A stretch of 64,000 bases of DNA. It comes from Eledone cirrhosa (Eukaryota). The notes under the pieces were generated by a model. The model was not told the origin of the DNA. It worked only from the letters and a program-made list of their open reading frames with translations, and did no database searches. The DNA lies in contig OZ024743.1 in assembly GCA_964016885.1 (NCBI GenBank), forward strand, positions 48,980,001 to 49,044,000. The letters are read 5' to 3'. Positions 17,912-31,068 of this stretch are shown in pieces. The translations under genes and the position numbers were made by a program. Positions within the stretch are counted from its first letter, which is position 1, and every line of letters begins with the position of its first letter.

Positions 17912-18433
17912 GAAAAACAATTACGCGCAAAGACAAAACCACGTTTATGGTATAAAAGAGGTCGTAGACTAATGTTCTCTTAGGTGGTGCATAGAGACGT
18001 TCTCTGGCAATGAACGAAAAAATGAAGATAATAAGTCATATGTGGAGCGTGGAGAACAATAGCACGCAAAGACAAAACCACGTAAATGGTATAGCAGAAA
18101 TCGTAGACTAAAATTCTAACTAGGAGACCAAATGAATCTCCGCTACAGAGTTAAGAACAAAGTAAATAAATACAATACAGAAGTAATAGAAACAAATAAA
18201 TACATACATGCAAACAGATACGTACATACACAAGCATACGCAAAACCTTACCATGGGTATACAAAACCACGCACATATAAATATGTGTGTGTGTGTATGC
18301 TTGTGTACAAATAAATAAATAAATAAATAAATAAATAAAGCAGCGATTCTTTGCTTAAACTTTAATCTGTTATTTTAATAAATATAAATATATATATATA
18401 TATAAATATATATATATACATAAATATATATAT

Positions 18434-18584
<151 letters not shown>

Positions 18585-20168
18585 AGTGAAGAGTTTAGCG
18601 TAAAAGTTGGTGTCCATCAGGGCTCTGTTCTTAGCCCCCTACTATTTATTATTGCCCTTCAGGCTATAACAGAGGAGTTCAAGACCGGCTGCCCATGGGA
18701 ACTCCTATACGCAGATGATCTAACGCTCATAGCTGAATCAATGACCGAACTAGAGAAGAAATTCCAAACATGGAAGCACGGCCTAGAATCAAAAGGCCTT
18801 AAAATTAACCTGGCTAAGACTAAAGTTCTAGTTTGTAGGAAAGAAAATATGGCGGCAGTCCCATCTGGGAAATGGCCATGCTCAGTGTGTAGGAAAGGCG
18901 TAGGTAGAAACTCCATTTTATGTCCCAAATGCAAAGTATGGGTGCATAAAAGATGTAGTGGGATCACAGGTAAGCTAACTAAGAACATAGATTTTACATG
19001 TGGCCGGTGCTCTGGTGCAATAAGTAGCAGCAAGTGCCCACAAAATACTAGCTCCTTCAACTGTGCAGAGGGTTCTATAGAAATAGTGGACAGCTTCCGT
19101 TACCTGGGTGACAAAATCAGCAGTGGGGGAGGGTGCTCTGAAAGTACAGTAGCTAGAGTCAGAACTGGATGGAAAAAGTTCAGAGAGCTTATACCACTAT
19201 TAGCCGCTAGAGGGTTCTCCCTAAAAATGAAAGGCAGGTTATACGATGCCTGCATACGAACAGCAATGCTGCATGGCAGTGAGACCTGGGCATTGTGTGC
19301 AGAGGATATACGCAGACTAGAGAGGAACGAAGCTTGCATGCTCCGCTGGATGTGCAATAGTAATATACGTGAACGGCAAAGCATAAACGAACTAAGGAAA
19401 AAATTAGAAATAAGAGGGATCAGATGTTGTTTACTCGAGAGAAGGCTACGTTGGTACGGTCACGTGATGCGCATGAAAGACGACAGCTGTATAACAAAGT
19501 GCAGGGCAATAAAGATAGACGGTAGCCACGGAGTAGGCAGACCCAGAAAAACATGGGACAAGCTGATAAATTCTGACCTCACACGCTTACACCTCTCCAA
19601 GACAATGTCACTGGACCGAGACTTTTGGCGGTACTCAGTAATAGAGAAGACCCGCCTTACCTAAATACAAAGTAAAAACCTACTACAGTCAGTAGGCATC
19701 TCTATCAAAACACCCCCCCGTCCCACCACCTCCACCCCATCCACACCGCCCCTTTCAATGTACAGTTATGTTGGTCCCACAACATCCAGGCCGAAACAAA
19801 TGAGATCGTGTAGGTGTCACGACAAAAAACACACAGTCCACGCTGTAAATGTGGCCGTGTAGGCAACACGGTAAAAACCTCCCAGCCCCACACTGTAAAT
19901 GTGGTTGGTGTTAGGAAGGGCATCCAGCTGTAGAAAACCCGCCAGACAGTCCACGCTGTAATGTGGCCGTGTAGGCAACACGGTAAAAACCTCCCAGCCC
20001 CACACTGTAAATCTGGTTGGTGTTAGGAAGGGCATCCAACTGTAGAAAACCCGCCAGACAGTCCTATGCGAGCAAGACAACCACTCTTGCCTCAAGTGGG
20101 AAAACCCCCGTCCAAACCCATGCAAGCGTGGAACACGGACGCTAAACCTGATGATGATGATGATGATG
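18585..20168 (+). mobile_element. RTE-clade LINE (second family), 5'-truncated within RT, long 3'UTR, (GAT)n tail
   Basis: [20 protein letters not shown] through to the stop at 19664; ~113-bp tandem duplication in the UTR (19833/19946). Confidence 0.93.
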
Positions 20169-20192
20169 AAATATATATATATATATATAAAT

Positions 20193-20228
<36 letters not shown>

Positions 20229-20231
<3 letters not shown>

Positions 20232-20382
20232 CGATATTAACAAATGGAAACTATATTTATAAAACCATTTATAAACCATTTGTTAATATCGTATATCTAC
20301 TCCAAATACTTGTCGAGTGCTTTATATCAGTTATAAAAATATTTGCTTGTTGTATCCCAACAATTTAAATAGAACTTTTGCA
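20229..20382 (+). mobile_element. Short PLE-type 3' end with inverted head (same family as 20749-21091)
   Basis: Shared tail CTCCAAATACTTGT.GAGTGCTTT..CCCAACAATTTAAAT; the head is the inverse of the internal TTAATATCGT segment. Confidence 0.65.
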
Positions 20383-20748
20383 TATATATATATGATTGAC
20401 AAGATACCAGACCTCGTTTGAGTGGCATGGAGCTCGTCAAATCGGACTGCAGAAACAATGTTTCCATCGGTCTTTCCAATTGCTAATACTATCTGTCGCT
20501 CGCAATAATCAATAAACTTTCCAACAGTGACTAGTACTTTAACCCTTTTAATAACAACCTGGCCCAAAACTGGCTCTGATTCTATGAAACAGAACAACCC
20601 ATTAAAAGGGGTTTTATGTAAATTAAAATCTTTCTACATAATTTAATATAAGATCCATATGTAAAGTTACTATCTTAGTAATGAAGTAATTAATGATTTT
20701 AGTAAATCCCACAAAATCCTCCATTAACTAATAATATATATATATATA

Positions 20749-21087
20749 TACGATATTAAATAAATGGAAACTATATTTATAAAACCATATTTATTTCATT
20801 ATATATATTTCAGGGATATCACAATCAACTTTTTAAATGGAAGATGAAGCTGAAAGATATATCAAATCTATCTATTTATAAGACTGTTTATATTGTATTT
20901 TGTCTGAAGAAGGCATACCATATTTTTAATGTGATATCCCTGAAATATATATAATGAAATAAATATGGTTTTATAAATATAGTTTCCATTTATTTAATAT
21001 CGTAAATATACTCCAAATACTTGTTGAGTGCTTTTATATCAGTTATAAATATTTACTCGTTGTAACCCAACAATTTAAATAAAACTT

Positions 21088-21091
<4 letters not shown>
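20749..21091 (+). mobile_element. PLE-type 3' end with 75-bp inverted head and hammerhead
   Basis: 20749-20823 is the inverse of 20930-21004; ~87-nt tail; (TA)n flanks. Confidence 0.72.
20896..20961 (+). ncRNA. Minimal type-I hammerhead ribozyme
   Basis: tattttgt-CTGAAGA-agg..cct-GAAA-tatata-TA-atgaaata; 8-bp stem I with two G-U pairs. Confidence 0.7.
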
Positions 21092-21184
<93 letters not shown>

Positions 21185-21744
21185 AAGCATTTTTAGGCTT
21201 TTTTTAGGCATAACTTAAAGATAATTAGCCGATTTCCTCGAAATTTGCAGCACACATTAGTTTCCTCGCATTTCTGTGGACAAAAAAAATTTCGATTCCA
21301 TTAATGGTTTGTAGGAAATTTCCGAATTAGCATTGGGCATTACATGCCATTTTCATTTTCAATATAAACGCTACTTAAACATCGTAAGTAGCGTATAATA
21401 TTTCGTTAAAAATTTTAAGCAGGACCATTTTCGGGGTATTGAGGAAATGAGGAGGACCTTAAAGTTTTTGTTGGCATCCCGTTGACGCGTCGTGCTTTCA
21501 TCACGTGCAAATCCGGGCCCTGTGTACGTTGCTGTTTTATTGACACCGTAAAACTCACGTCTGTGCTACTTCTACTAAGACCCCTTTTGTTGCACCTACA
21601 CCACAGTATGAACGCCCTGCGCAAGTACGCCGAACAGCAGTTGTGCTAATTTCGCAGTGACCCCTTTTGTCGCACCTTAGGTGCTGTGTAAACACAGTGC
21701 AACCAGTGCCACCCAGTGTTTGTGCTAATTGCACTATAACCCCA

Positions 21745-22984
21745 CTATGTGGTCTTTGCGAAACAAGTTGTAACCAGTTATGCTGAAAACCCCATCACAG
21801 AGTAAGGAATGTGCCTATGTTTCCGTGACTGTAATGAAATCAGGGTCGATACTATAGCGAGAGTACTGGGTTGCATGAATGTAACAAGAAATACATTGTT
21901 TGTGTGTATAATATTTAATTAACAATGGTAGATAGTATAGTTGACATGTCAAAGAAATAGATGATAGAATGAAACAAAGTTAGTCGTTACCGTTTTGATT
22001 GCCAGGCAAACGCGGCTGGCAGAGGACGCCTGGCTAAGGCCAGACGCCAGAAGGCCAAATGAGAGGCTCTTGGCCTGGTGCCGAAAGGGCAATGAGAGAG
22101 TGAGAACTTAAAGTTGTTAGTTTTATAGGGTTCTGACCGGAAGTTACAGAAAGGGTTCTACTTCCCGTCTAGATGTTAATCCAAACAAGGGAGACAACCG
22201 CTACAATACTTTTGACATAAGAATCAAAAAGATGTATCTTGTTGCATAGACTACGAGCATTTAAGGACAGCAATTTGTACCTTGATTTCAGTTTATGATG
22301 ATTTGTAGGGGATGGCAGGTTGTTCTGATTTAGTTTCCCACAGTTTTTTCATTGCCAGCTATTGTGGGTACGATGTGTTCAGACCAGCTGGTATCTCTTT
22401 TCCATGTTTCACCAGCCTTAATAAACTTCCATATCTGCCTATCATCACGTAGGCTGAAGCTTTCATGTTGTGCTGAGTTGCGGTTTACAGAAGCTGCAGC
22501 ACATAGCTTTGGACATACATCTGGTGGTAGGCCAGAGTGTGTTTGGAAGGCAATCTGATTTTCATGCCTAGCTTTATCAGAGGTTAAAAGATATGAACGT
22601 GCCTCAGTAGAGTTTGAAAAAGACAGCCTAATTAGCCTGGGTTTTGGACTTGGTTGACCAAGATGGAGAGCACCCTTCGGGGCAGTGCAACCTAGGTCTT
22701 TGGATGAGCTGGCAGCAAATGCATCAAGATCAGCTATGTCCTCTGATACACCAATGGCAATTACTTCGTGGGTTACAGATTCAGTGGCTTTCTCAATGCA
22801 TCTAGATTCAGCAAGAGCTACGGGGAGATTTTTTTAGCAAGGCACTCCGATAAGATCCCTCATTGTGAGGTTCTACACGAACGCTTAATTTGATTCCTGC
22901 TACATCTTGGCTTAAAGCAGAAATCATTTGTCGTATTTCCGCAAACTCTGTATTGATAGTCGATTTTTGTTGTTGTTCTTCTTC
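21745..22984 (-). mobile_element. Degenerate CR1/L2-like LINE fragment: ORF1 plus start of APE endonuclease
   Basis: ORF1-like ..LGQPSPKPRLIRLSF..TVGN*; then IAVLN(fs)ARSLCNKIHLFDSYVKSI|DPDFITVTET*..ITGYNLFRKD, split by an LTR. Confidence 0.75.
21853..22205 (-). mobile_element. Solo LTR (Gypsy-like, 353 bp)
   Basis: Termini TGTAGCG...CGCTATA, 4-bp TSD (ATAC at 21849-21852 and 22206-22209), internal TATAAAA; removing it restores the LINE endonuclease frame. Confidence 0.8.
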
Positions 22985-23184
22985 NNNNNNNNNNNNNNNN
23001 NNNNNNNNNNNNNNNNNNNNNNNNNNNNNNNNNNNNNNNNNNNNNNNNNNNNNNNNNNNNNNNNNNNNNNNNNNNNNNNNNNNNNNNNNNNNNNNNNNNN
23101 NNNNNNNNNNNNNNNNNNNNNNNNNNNNNNNNNNNNNNNNNNNNNNNNNNNNNNNNNNNNNNNNNNNNNNNNNNNNNNNNNNNN
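22985..23184. other. Assembly gap (200 N)
   Basis: Run of N. Confidence 1.
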
Positions 23185-23330
23185 CACCAATTATTCAGTA
23201 CATTACTGGTACTTTATTTTATCGACCGCATAAGGATGAAAGGCAAAGTTAACCTCGGCGGGATTTGAACTCAGAATGGCAAGGGCTATGCGTCAAAACA
23301 TGGCATCTGACCCTCTACCGGTACTGCCAA
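23185..23330 (-). mobile_element. CORE-like SINE
   Basis: Reverse complement of 3445-3590. Confidence 0.75.
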
Positions 23331-23435
23331 GAATATTGTAATCCATCTGAGATGTGTTAAAAGGGCAGTTTTCGGTGATGATATTATATTTAGATAGGAG
23401 AGCCGTGGTCATACGTCCTTCTTCATCGCCGTGAT

Positions 23436-23481
<46 letters not shown>

Positions 23482-23609
23482 TGGGTCGTCAAGTATGAAA
23501 TTTGTAGAAATTTGTTATTTTTTTCTACAAATTTCATACTTGACGACCGAATATATATATATGTGTGTGTGTGTGTGAGCATATATATATATATAAGACA
23601 ATGACACTG

Positions 23610-23988
23610 GATCGAGACCTTTGGCGCCATGCAGTTGTTAAGGAGACCCGACTACCATTGCATACAAACCTACAGTCAGTAGGCACCTCTTAACACAATG
23701 TACACCCCACCACCTCACCCTACCCCTTCCTCCCTCTTCCCATTCTGTCGATGACACAACAATCCACACTGTAAGGTGATCGTGTAGGAGACACGGTGAA
23801 AAGGCTCCCAGTCTACACTGTAAATGTGGTTGATGTTAGGAAGGGTATCCAGCTGTAAAAAAAAACCTGCCAGAGACGCTTCCATGCGAGCGAGAGACAG
23901 TCTCCCGACCATTCCCACATCAAATGGAACAAAACCGTCTAACCCATGCTAGCGTGGAAGATGGACATTAAATGATGATGATGATGAT
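23610..23988 (+). mobile_element. RTE family 3' end fragment
   Basis: Matches 19600-20168, with (GAT)n tail. Confidence 0.75.
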
Positions 23989-26900
23989 ATCGACAGTCGA
24001 TCAACTTTCATCAAATCGGACCGAGGAAACTGTTTCCATTGGTCTTTCCAATTGCTAATATTATCTATCGGTTGCAACTCCAGGTAGAAGGAGCAACCTG
24101 AAATAAAGTATCTTGCTCAAGGACATAACTTATCGCCCGGTCCAGGAACCGTGTTACATCTATGCTTGCATGCATTAGACTGGCTGTCACATCCAGAGGT
24201 TACACAGGTCAGATAACTATCTCATTCAAATGATTCATTCTGATAAGGTTTCTACAGTTGGATGCCCTTCATAATGCCAACCACTTCATGGTTTGTATTC
24301 AATAGATTTTACTGTCACTACCACATAAGGTGATAGTGGATGCTTTTACTCATGGCACCAGAGCACTCGCATCATCCTTGGCTGGGATGGGGTGGCAGTA
24401 ATAAGTTTTTGGAGGAATGATATGATGCTTGTCAAGGGAGAGTATGAGAGAGGTGGCCTGTTGTCTGGTGGGACATTGGAGGAAGGGGTGCATCTGATTT
24501 GCCCTGCTAGCATGGGTTAGGTGGGCAAGGAAGAATCAAGGATGTGAATAGGAGGTAAAAATAAGTGGATAAAGGACATGATGGCCTTAAAAAAGTCATT
24601 ACACCTCTTTGCTTTCATCCTACTTGTGCTGGAAGGCAAATCTTTTGTAGTATGGCATATCACTAGTCAACTCGATCCTGTGTCATACATACACACATAT
24701 ATATACAGCATATCTGGTATCATCATCATCGTTTTTATGTTCATTTTTCCATGCTTGCATGGGTTGAACAAGTCCTTCTCAGCACTCACTGCATTCCTTC
24801 ATCATCTCCTGTGAGTCTCAGCGATGAGGTCAGCTCTCACCACCTCTGCCCAGGTCTTTCGTGGTCTACCTCTACTGGCATTTCCTGCTACTTCTTCACC
24901 CATCCTCGAGGAGGAAGTGTCTTCGGCACCGGGAAATATGGTAAATTATCTAATCTATTCCATTTATTTTTATAAAGATATAGTATAATTTTAGAGGTTC
25001 TGTACCTTTACTTACATTTAATTATAATTTAAAACATTGGTCATATAAATTTCCATAAATTTGAGATAATTTTTTTTTAACCCTTTACTATTTGCATTAT
25101 ATATACTATTATATTTTCATGGTAAAGGCTTTATCTCACATAATTATCTGCTACAATATCGAATTTATGAGATTTTGATATTTATTTTGAGAACAATACC
25201 TTAACATCAGTATGAGCAGCCAGTTACAGCTGGTTTGAACAGACAGAGGTGAGAGAATTCTGGCCGGATACAGCCAGTTTAAATATAGTTTTAAAAAATA
25301 AAAAAAAAACTGGAAATCATAAATACCAAATATAATTGAAAATGTTTAAATTAATATTTATTTTTAATTACAATATAGCAGTTTAATAGCAGATAAATAA
25401 TAACCAACCATCTCTTAGTTATGTGGTCTGCTTCAGACAGAATAAATTTGGCATAAAATACATATTGAAATGGTGTGTGTGTGGGTGAAGAGCAAAACAC
25501 GTATGTGTGTGTGTACTCGAAGAGATCAATGTAATCTAATTTTAATAGTTCAACCATGGGCCCTGAGTTCAGGATGGAGTTAAAGGGGCGCTGACATATG
25601 CTGTGACTTGGGTATTTTAAACCTGGTAGAGCTCAAATCTGGAGAGGGATGAACACATCTGATTTCAGAGAGAGAAGAATATACATGACTAAGATGGACT
25701 AGTAGGACCATTATACAACTTAGTACTCCATAATTAAAGAGAGTAGAATATAGATATTATTGTAGAATGGGGAGCCTGACGAGATGGAGTGTCCACGGTG
25801 CAAGGACTGGGGAGACCACTAGTTAGGGTCGTATTCATATTCATACACATATATATGTCACACTACTTTTATTTCTATATGCTTGCTTCATTGTTTAATA
25901 TTTTAAGCAAGGTTTGGTAAATAAGTCACATGAAGATTTTCACACCTGATTTTTTAGTAAAAAACTGACTGATCTAAGAGTATGTACAGTGTATGTGTGT
26001 GATATGTATGAAGATGATATGGGGAGACCTTCATTATGGGCTGATTCACAATTTGTCACACGTACAATTACATACACATTTGAAGATGGAAAATGTAGTA
26101 AAATCTCCAAGTTTGGTAACACACCAGTCCTGATGTATTAGATACCATAATAAATATGCTCAGTATTATTTTCCAAAATTTCTCCAGTTGAAGGAATATG
26201 ATAGTATAAATGAAGATAAAAGATATCAAAATTTGTGGACTTGTTCAACCCACAAGTCTGAAAATTTGATATAAAGCAAGAAGGAAATAAAAAGGCCCTA
26301 TACTTGTATGTGTATATGTGTGTGTATTTGTATGTATATGTGTGTGGGTTGGGTGTACATGTGTATTCATGCACACAAATGTATTAACACAAAACAAACC
26401 AAGTGTATACATAGATATATAGTGGTATGCTGGAAAAAGTCCTCTAGTTGAAAATTGATAACAATATTTCAGTAACAGCAAGAATGAAATATAAAAACGT
26501 AACAAAGTGTGGCAGAGATGTGAAGACAATAAACTGTTCACAACAACAACAGTAACTACAAGATAAACTATTCAAATTTGTCTTTACAAAAAAAAAAAAA
26601 GACACTGAAAACCCAAACAGGAAATGTAACAAGTGACACCCTACAGCCATTATTGGGGACGGAGAAACAAAAGTGGCAAAATAACAAGAAAGCCTAATAT
26701 TTTCCACAGTATGCATTCAGGAATCCTTTATTTTTCCTTGATTGATCTAAGCATTTATCATCATCAGCAAATAATGTCCAGTCTTCCATACTAGCACTGC
26801 TGAATGAGTCTACATTATGGGATCTTCTCATTCCATTATGTTTTACAGGATACTTGATTTTTATTACTGAATTATAAGAATTAAGCTGGCCACTCAATTG

Positions 26901-27054
26901 TGTGTGGCTTCACAAATATTTCTATCTTTAACAGTTTGTTTTCTGTATCAAGGTACAACAGCCATATTTCAAACACCTCTTACATTTTTTCTTCTTTTTT
27001 TTTATTGTTTAGTCTGATAGGGAAAAGACAGCACTGTTCACCCTTTTCAAGGCA

Positions 27055-27255
27055 TCCAAGACCGGTGTGAGGTAAGGAGAAAGACATCCTCTCAAGACCA
27101 GTGTGAAGGAGGAAGACATCCTCTCAAGACCAGTGTGAGGGAGGAAGACATCCCCCAAGACCGGGTGAGGGAGGGAGACATCCTCCCAAGACCAGTGTGA
27201 GGTAGGGAGGAAGAGATCCTCTCAAGACCAGTGTGAGGGAGGAAGACATCCTCAA
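27055..27255. repeat. ~33-38-bp minisatellite, ~6 copies
   Basis: CAAGACCAGTGTGAGGGAGGAAGACATCCTCT variants. Confidence 0.85.
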
Positions 27256-28073
27256 ACCAAATATCTGATTCAAATGCTTGCAACTGAATAGATTCTACTA
27301 ACACCATTCTAGGACCAGGTGGTGCTGGCATTAAGTTGGGAGACGGATTAAGTTTACTACCCGCAAAATCTTATTTAAAAAAAGTTAATCAGCACTAATA
27401 TATTGGTATTCATCATCATCATCGTTTAACGTCTATCTTCCACATGTCCAAATTTCTATTGCAAAAGCTTTTTTTTTTTATAAAAACAAATGTTCAAATG
27501 TTCAAAGATTTCTAACATGGCATGCTATCATAGAGCCTTTTATCTGACAATCTACCAATTCTACTACCCACTGTGTTTATTTAATAATAAAGAGCTATTC
27601 AGTGAACATATGTAAATATATTTTTTTGCTTGCTATGTTCTTAATAGTAATATACTTAAGTATTGTACCTGAATAATATTTTGAATAATGATGCTCTGCA
27701 AAATACAGATTTTAGCCTGTATAAAGCATATTTGAACTGTTTCATGGTAGAGATTGAAATAAATTTTTTATTTTAATCCATTTTTATAATGTTGCTACTC
27801 TCTTTTGGTTAATTAAATTAATTTCAAGTTGAGTTGTTAAATTTTTTGAGAATATTGTAAGCTATTTCTAATTTTATATGTCGTCTCATTAATAGCTATC
27901 TAACTTTATACTAAATAGCTAAACCACATTAAGTCTAGCTTTTATCTATACTAATTGCCCAGCCTAGACTTTATTTCCAATACAAGAAAATTAGAGGTTT
28001 TTTTGAAATGGCTATTAATTAGTATATTTTAAGACTAGGCCCCTGAAGAACTATATAGTCTCAACTGGTTAAT

Positions 28074-28237
28074 TACTGTATTTCCTGGCACCAAAGGTGC
28101 TTCGTCCTCGAGGGCGCACCCTAATTTTGACAGCCAAAAATTTGAAAAAAAAAAATAAACAACCTTCGACCTCCAGGATGCATGGTAGGACTTATTTTAG
28201 GAAAAAAGTAGTGTCTTTGACATCAGGAAATATGGTA
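28074..28237. mobile_element. MITE with TA-flanked TIRs (Tc1/mariner-pogo-like)
   Basis: TACTGTATTTCCTG...CAGGAAATATGGTA. Confidence 0.65.
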
Positions 28238-30961
28238 ATTAATTATAATAATTAACTAGGTTTATAAGCATGGGGAAACCGCAGTATGAACAATTATGCA
28301 GGTAAAATTATATTGCTTGCTATGTTCTTAATCTTAATTGTAATATACTTATTATTGTACCTGAATGATATTTTGAATACTGATGCTCTGCATAATATGG
28401 ATTTTAGTCTGTATAAAGCATATTTGAGCTGTTTCATGGTATAATATGACTGAAATATTTTTAAAATTCTAATCCATTTATATATCATTAGCGTTTAACG
28501 CCTATTATCCACGGTTGTGAGACAAGTCATATATATATATATCATCATCGTTTAACGTCCATGTTCCACGCTTGCATGTGTATATGGTTAAGATTTTTAT
28601 GATAAAGTTCATTATTATAAACATGAAATCATCATCCCCATAAATGTGACAAAAAAGGTGACAGAACCACTTATGGGAATCAAATGACATATCTATTGTA
28701 TGTTAGACAAATATATAGATATGCTCACTGAATAACTGTTTATTAGCGCATACACACACACACACATATACATATATATTCAGACAATTCATTATCATAC
28801 ATAGAATCAAATGTCTCTCTAACAATGTCCACAAGTTCACATCTAGCAGATATTGACAGCTTATTTCAGAGTAGTGGGCATAACTCAAAGACATACAAGA
28901 TAGAAGACAATGGGTAAAACACAGGTGAATCAACCTGCCTGAGTCTAAAAGATTTATAGATGAACATGTAATATAAATGGTTAGAGTTTGAACAGGGTCA
29001 ATTGGAGATAGTGTTTTAACAGGACATGAAGAGTATTTAGGTTTCTGCTACTGCAAAAAATATTCCTTTCACATATAGAAATATATATATATATATATAT
29101 TTATATTTAGTTACTATTGGAACTGCATGTGTACATACATATAAGCACAAAACTAAATACACCTGTATGTGCATGTATATATGTGTGTGTGAGAGAGTGA
29201 AGTGAGACCAAATGATCTGCTTTTGACAATCATGTAAACCAATACTATTTGTCAGGCTGCCAGTGACTAGGAACATCATTCCCAGGGCTCATCCTGGATG
29301 ACAACAACACCTGTCTACAAGGGTGGATGAACAAAGAGTTTATAGCTATCCAAACATACATATAGAGTGGATTCCTATTAAAATTTCTGAATCCAACATT
29401 CCTGATTCTCTTTGTAAGCCCTGCACCTGGTTGTTTTTTAAGATTTACTAGCCTTGCCTTTCCTTGGACATAAAATGATCCAATCCAGATGAGAGAAGCC
29501 CATTTGATAAGTGAAAGGACCAGATAAGCTGGCTTAAATTGGTCTTGGCTAGGATTAACTTCATCTTATCTTAACGGTCAATTATTTTGTTACAAATACT
29601 AAGTGTTGATGAGTGATCCTGCTCCTACATTGTAGGAAATGTCAGATGCATGCCATTCACACACATGTATACATATATCATTTTTACATATATTTTTCAC
29701 ACACTTATAAAAACAGTTAATATTTAACAATAAAACAAGATAACATAAACCAAAAGATTTCCGAAGCTTGAGAAATTGTCAGGTTCCAGTTTCCTGACTA
29801 TGTCTAAGGTATGTTTGAAGTGGATGAGAGAAAAGTGACTCTATGGATAGGATACTATTCTGAAACAAGTAACTCAACCTTAATTGATAAATTGAAAGAA
29901 AGAGATTGGCAGCAGGAGATGAACTGTTATGAGCCTCCATAGCTGGTATCATTCATTATCGACACTCAACATACATATCCGTGAATGATTTTTTTACATA
30001 TGGACAGGTGAAGTACCAGTATTTGTTTCTTAGAAACATTGTTTTGAAAGAGGTGAAAACAGAGTAATTATGCATTCATCAGAAATAGAAAGGGTTTAAT
30101 AAAGTTATTTGTTATGTTTCTCGGGTGGCTAGATGTCAATGTTTTGTAGGAACCCATTAGATTTATGGAAAGGGTAATAAAATGAGCTAGCCAGCTCGAA
30201 CCACAGATATGTTTCCAAAGAATCACCATTCCTTCTTTAATAACCCAAGCATCAAAACTACACAAACCCATTTAACTTGAGTCCACTTCCTTGACATTAC
30301 CTATACTATCATTTCCACAAGCTTACAAGTCCCTCAATACATTAACATAATCTAACTACCTTAGAAATATTTTACATTATATTATATACATACACACACA
30401 ACTACATATATGTATTATATTTCTCACTCACCCAGACATACACATCTACATAGAAATTTAACCATATATATAGCTAGGCAAAGGTGTGTGCATGTGTTTG
30501 TTGTACATATATTATGCAGATGTGTACACGTTTCACGCATATGTTAGTATGCACAGCACATTTTTGTTATGTGTATACGGTCATGTATACACATAAGATT
30601 ATATCATTTAGCAAGGTTTGGATGGGAGTTATTATAAAAGGGCAAAAGAAAAATGTTTTGTGTAGGGTAGGATAAGGAGATATACATATATATATACATA
30701 CATACAACTACACATACACACACATATATATATATATTTATATATATATATATATATACACAGAGCTGTCTTAAAAATGCATTGTTAATAACAGGATTGG
30801 AAAAATATTTGCTGCAAATAGGAAGAGTTTATAGACTCAGACGTCTCAATATATGGAGTTCCTGATGTCCAGAAGTTCCAGTCATAATACATATCATATT
30901 CAATATCCAAGAAAATTCCAATCTTGCTACTAAAATCCCCAATGCCTAGAAAGATCCACTT

Positions 30962-31068
30962 TTAATACATATCATCTCCAATATCCAGAAAGATGTTATA
31001 GGCTTCTCGATTACAACTTCCACTGGTCGTGAAACTGTACTTGTGAAATGTTCCATCAACACATACAG
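30962..31068 (-). CDS. WDR45: WDR45 coding exon 11 (last)
   Basis: (A)[34 protein letters not shown]; acceptor tttcag. Confidence 0.95.

Larger units (their letters stand above)
14965..18385 (-). mobile_element. PLE (RT + GIY-YIG), 5'-truncated, with partial tandem copy and inverted tail; probably Hydra-clade type
   Basis: ORF with DKTGN, KDHK, FDINNYYSSI, MGASDSAEVTDL, GLYRDDGL, WFNPPY, CNCRNRADCPLSGKCL, IVYKC..YIGLT; 15275-15684 repeated at 17912-18321; 18337-18385 is the inverse of ~15053-15101. Confidence 0.92.

Noticed and set aside
21947-22217. TGTCAAAG...CTTTTGACA as LTR termini
   Set aside because: No TSD; the boundaries 21853-22205 have a TSD and restore the host frame.
26694-27012. 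Minus-strand ORF behind a good splice acceptor, as a possible extra exon
   Set aside because: No recognisable protein, stops in the connecting frames and no matching donor found; at most a UTR or lncRNA exon.
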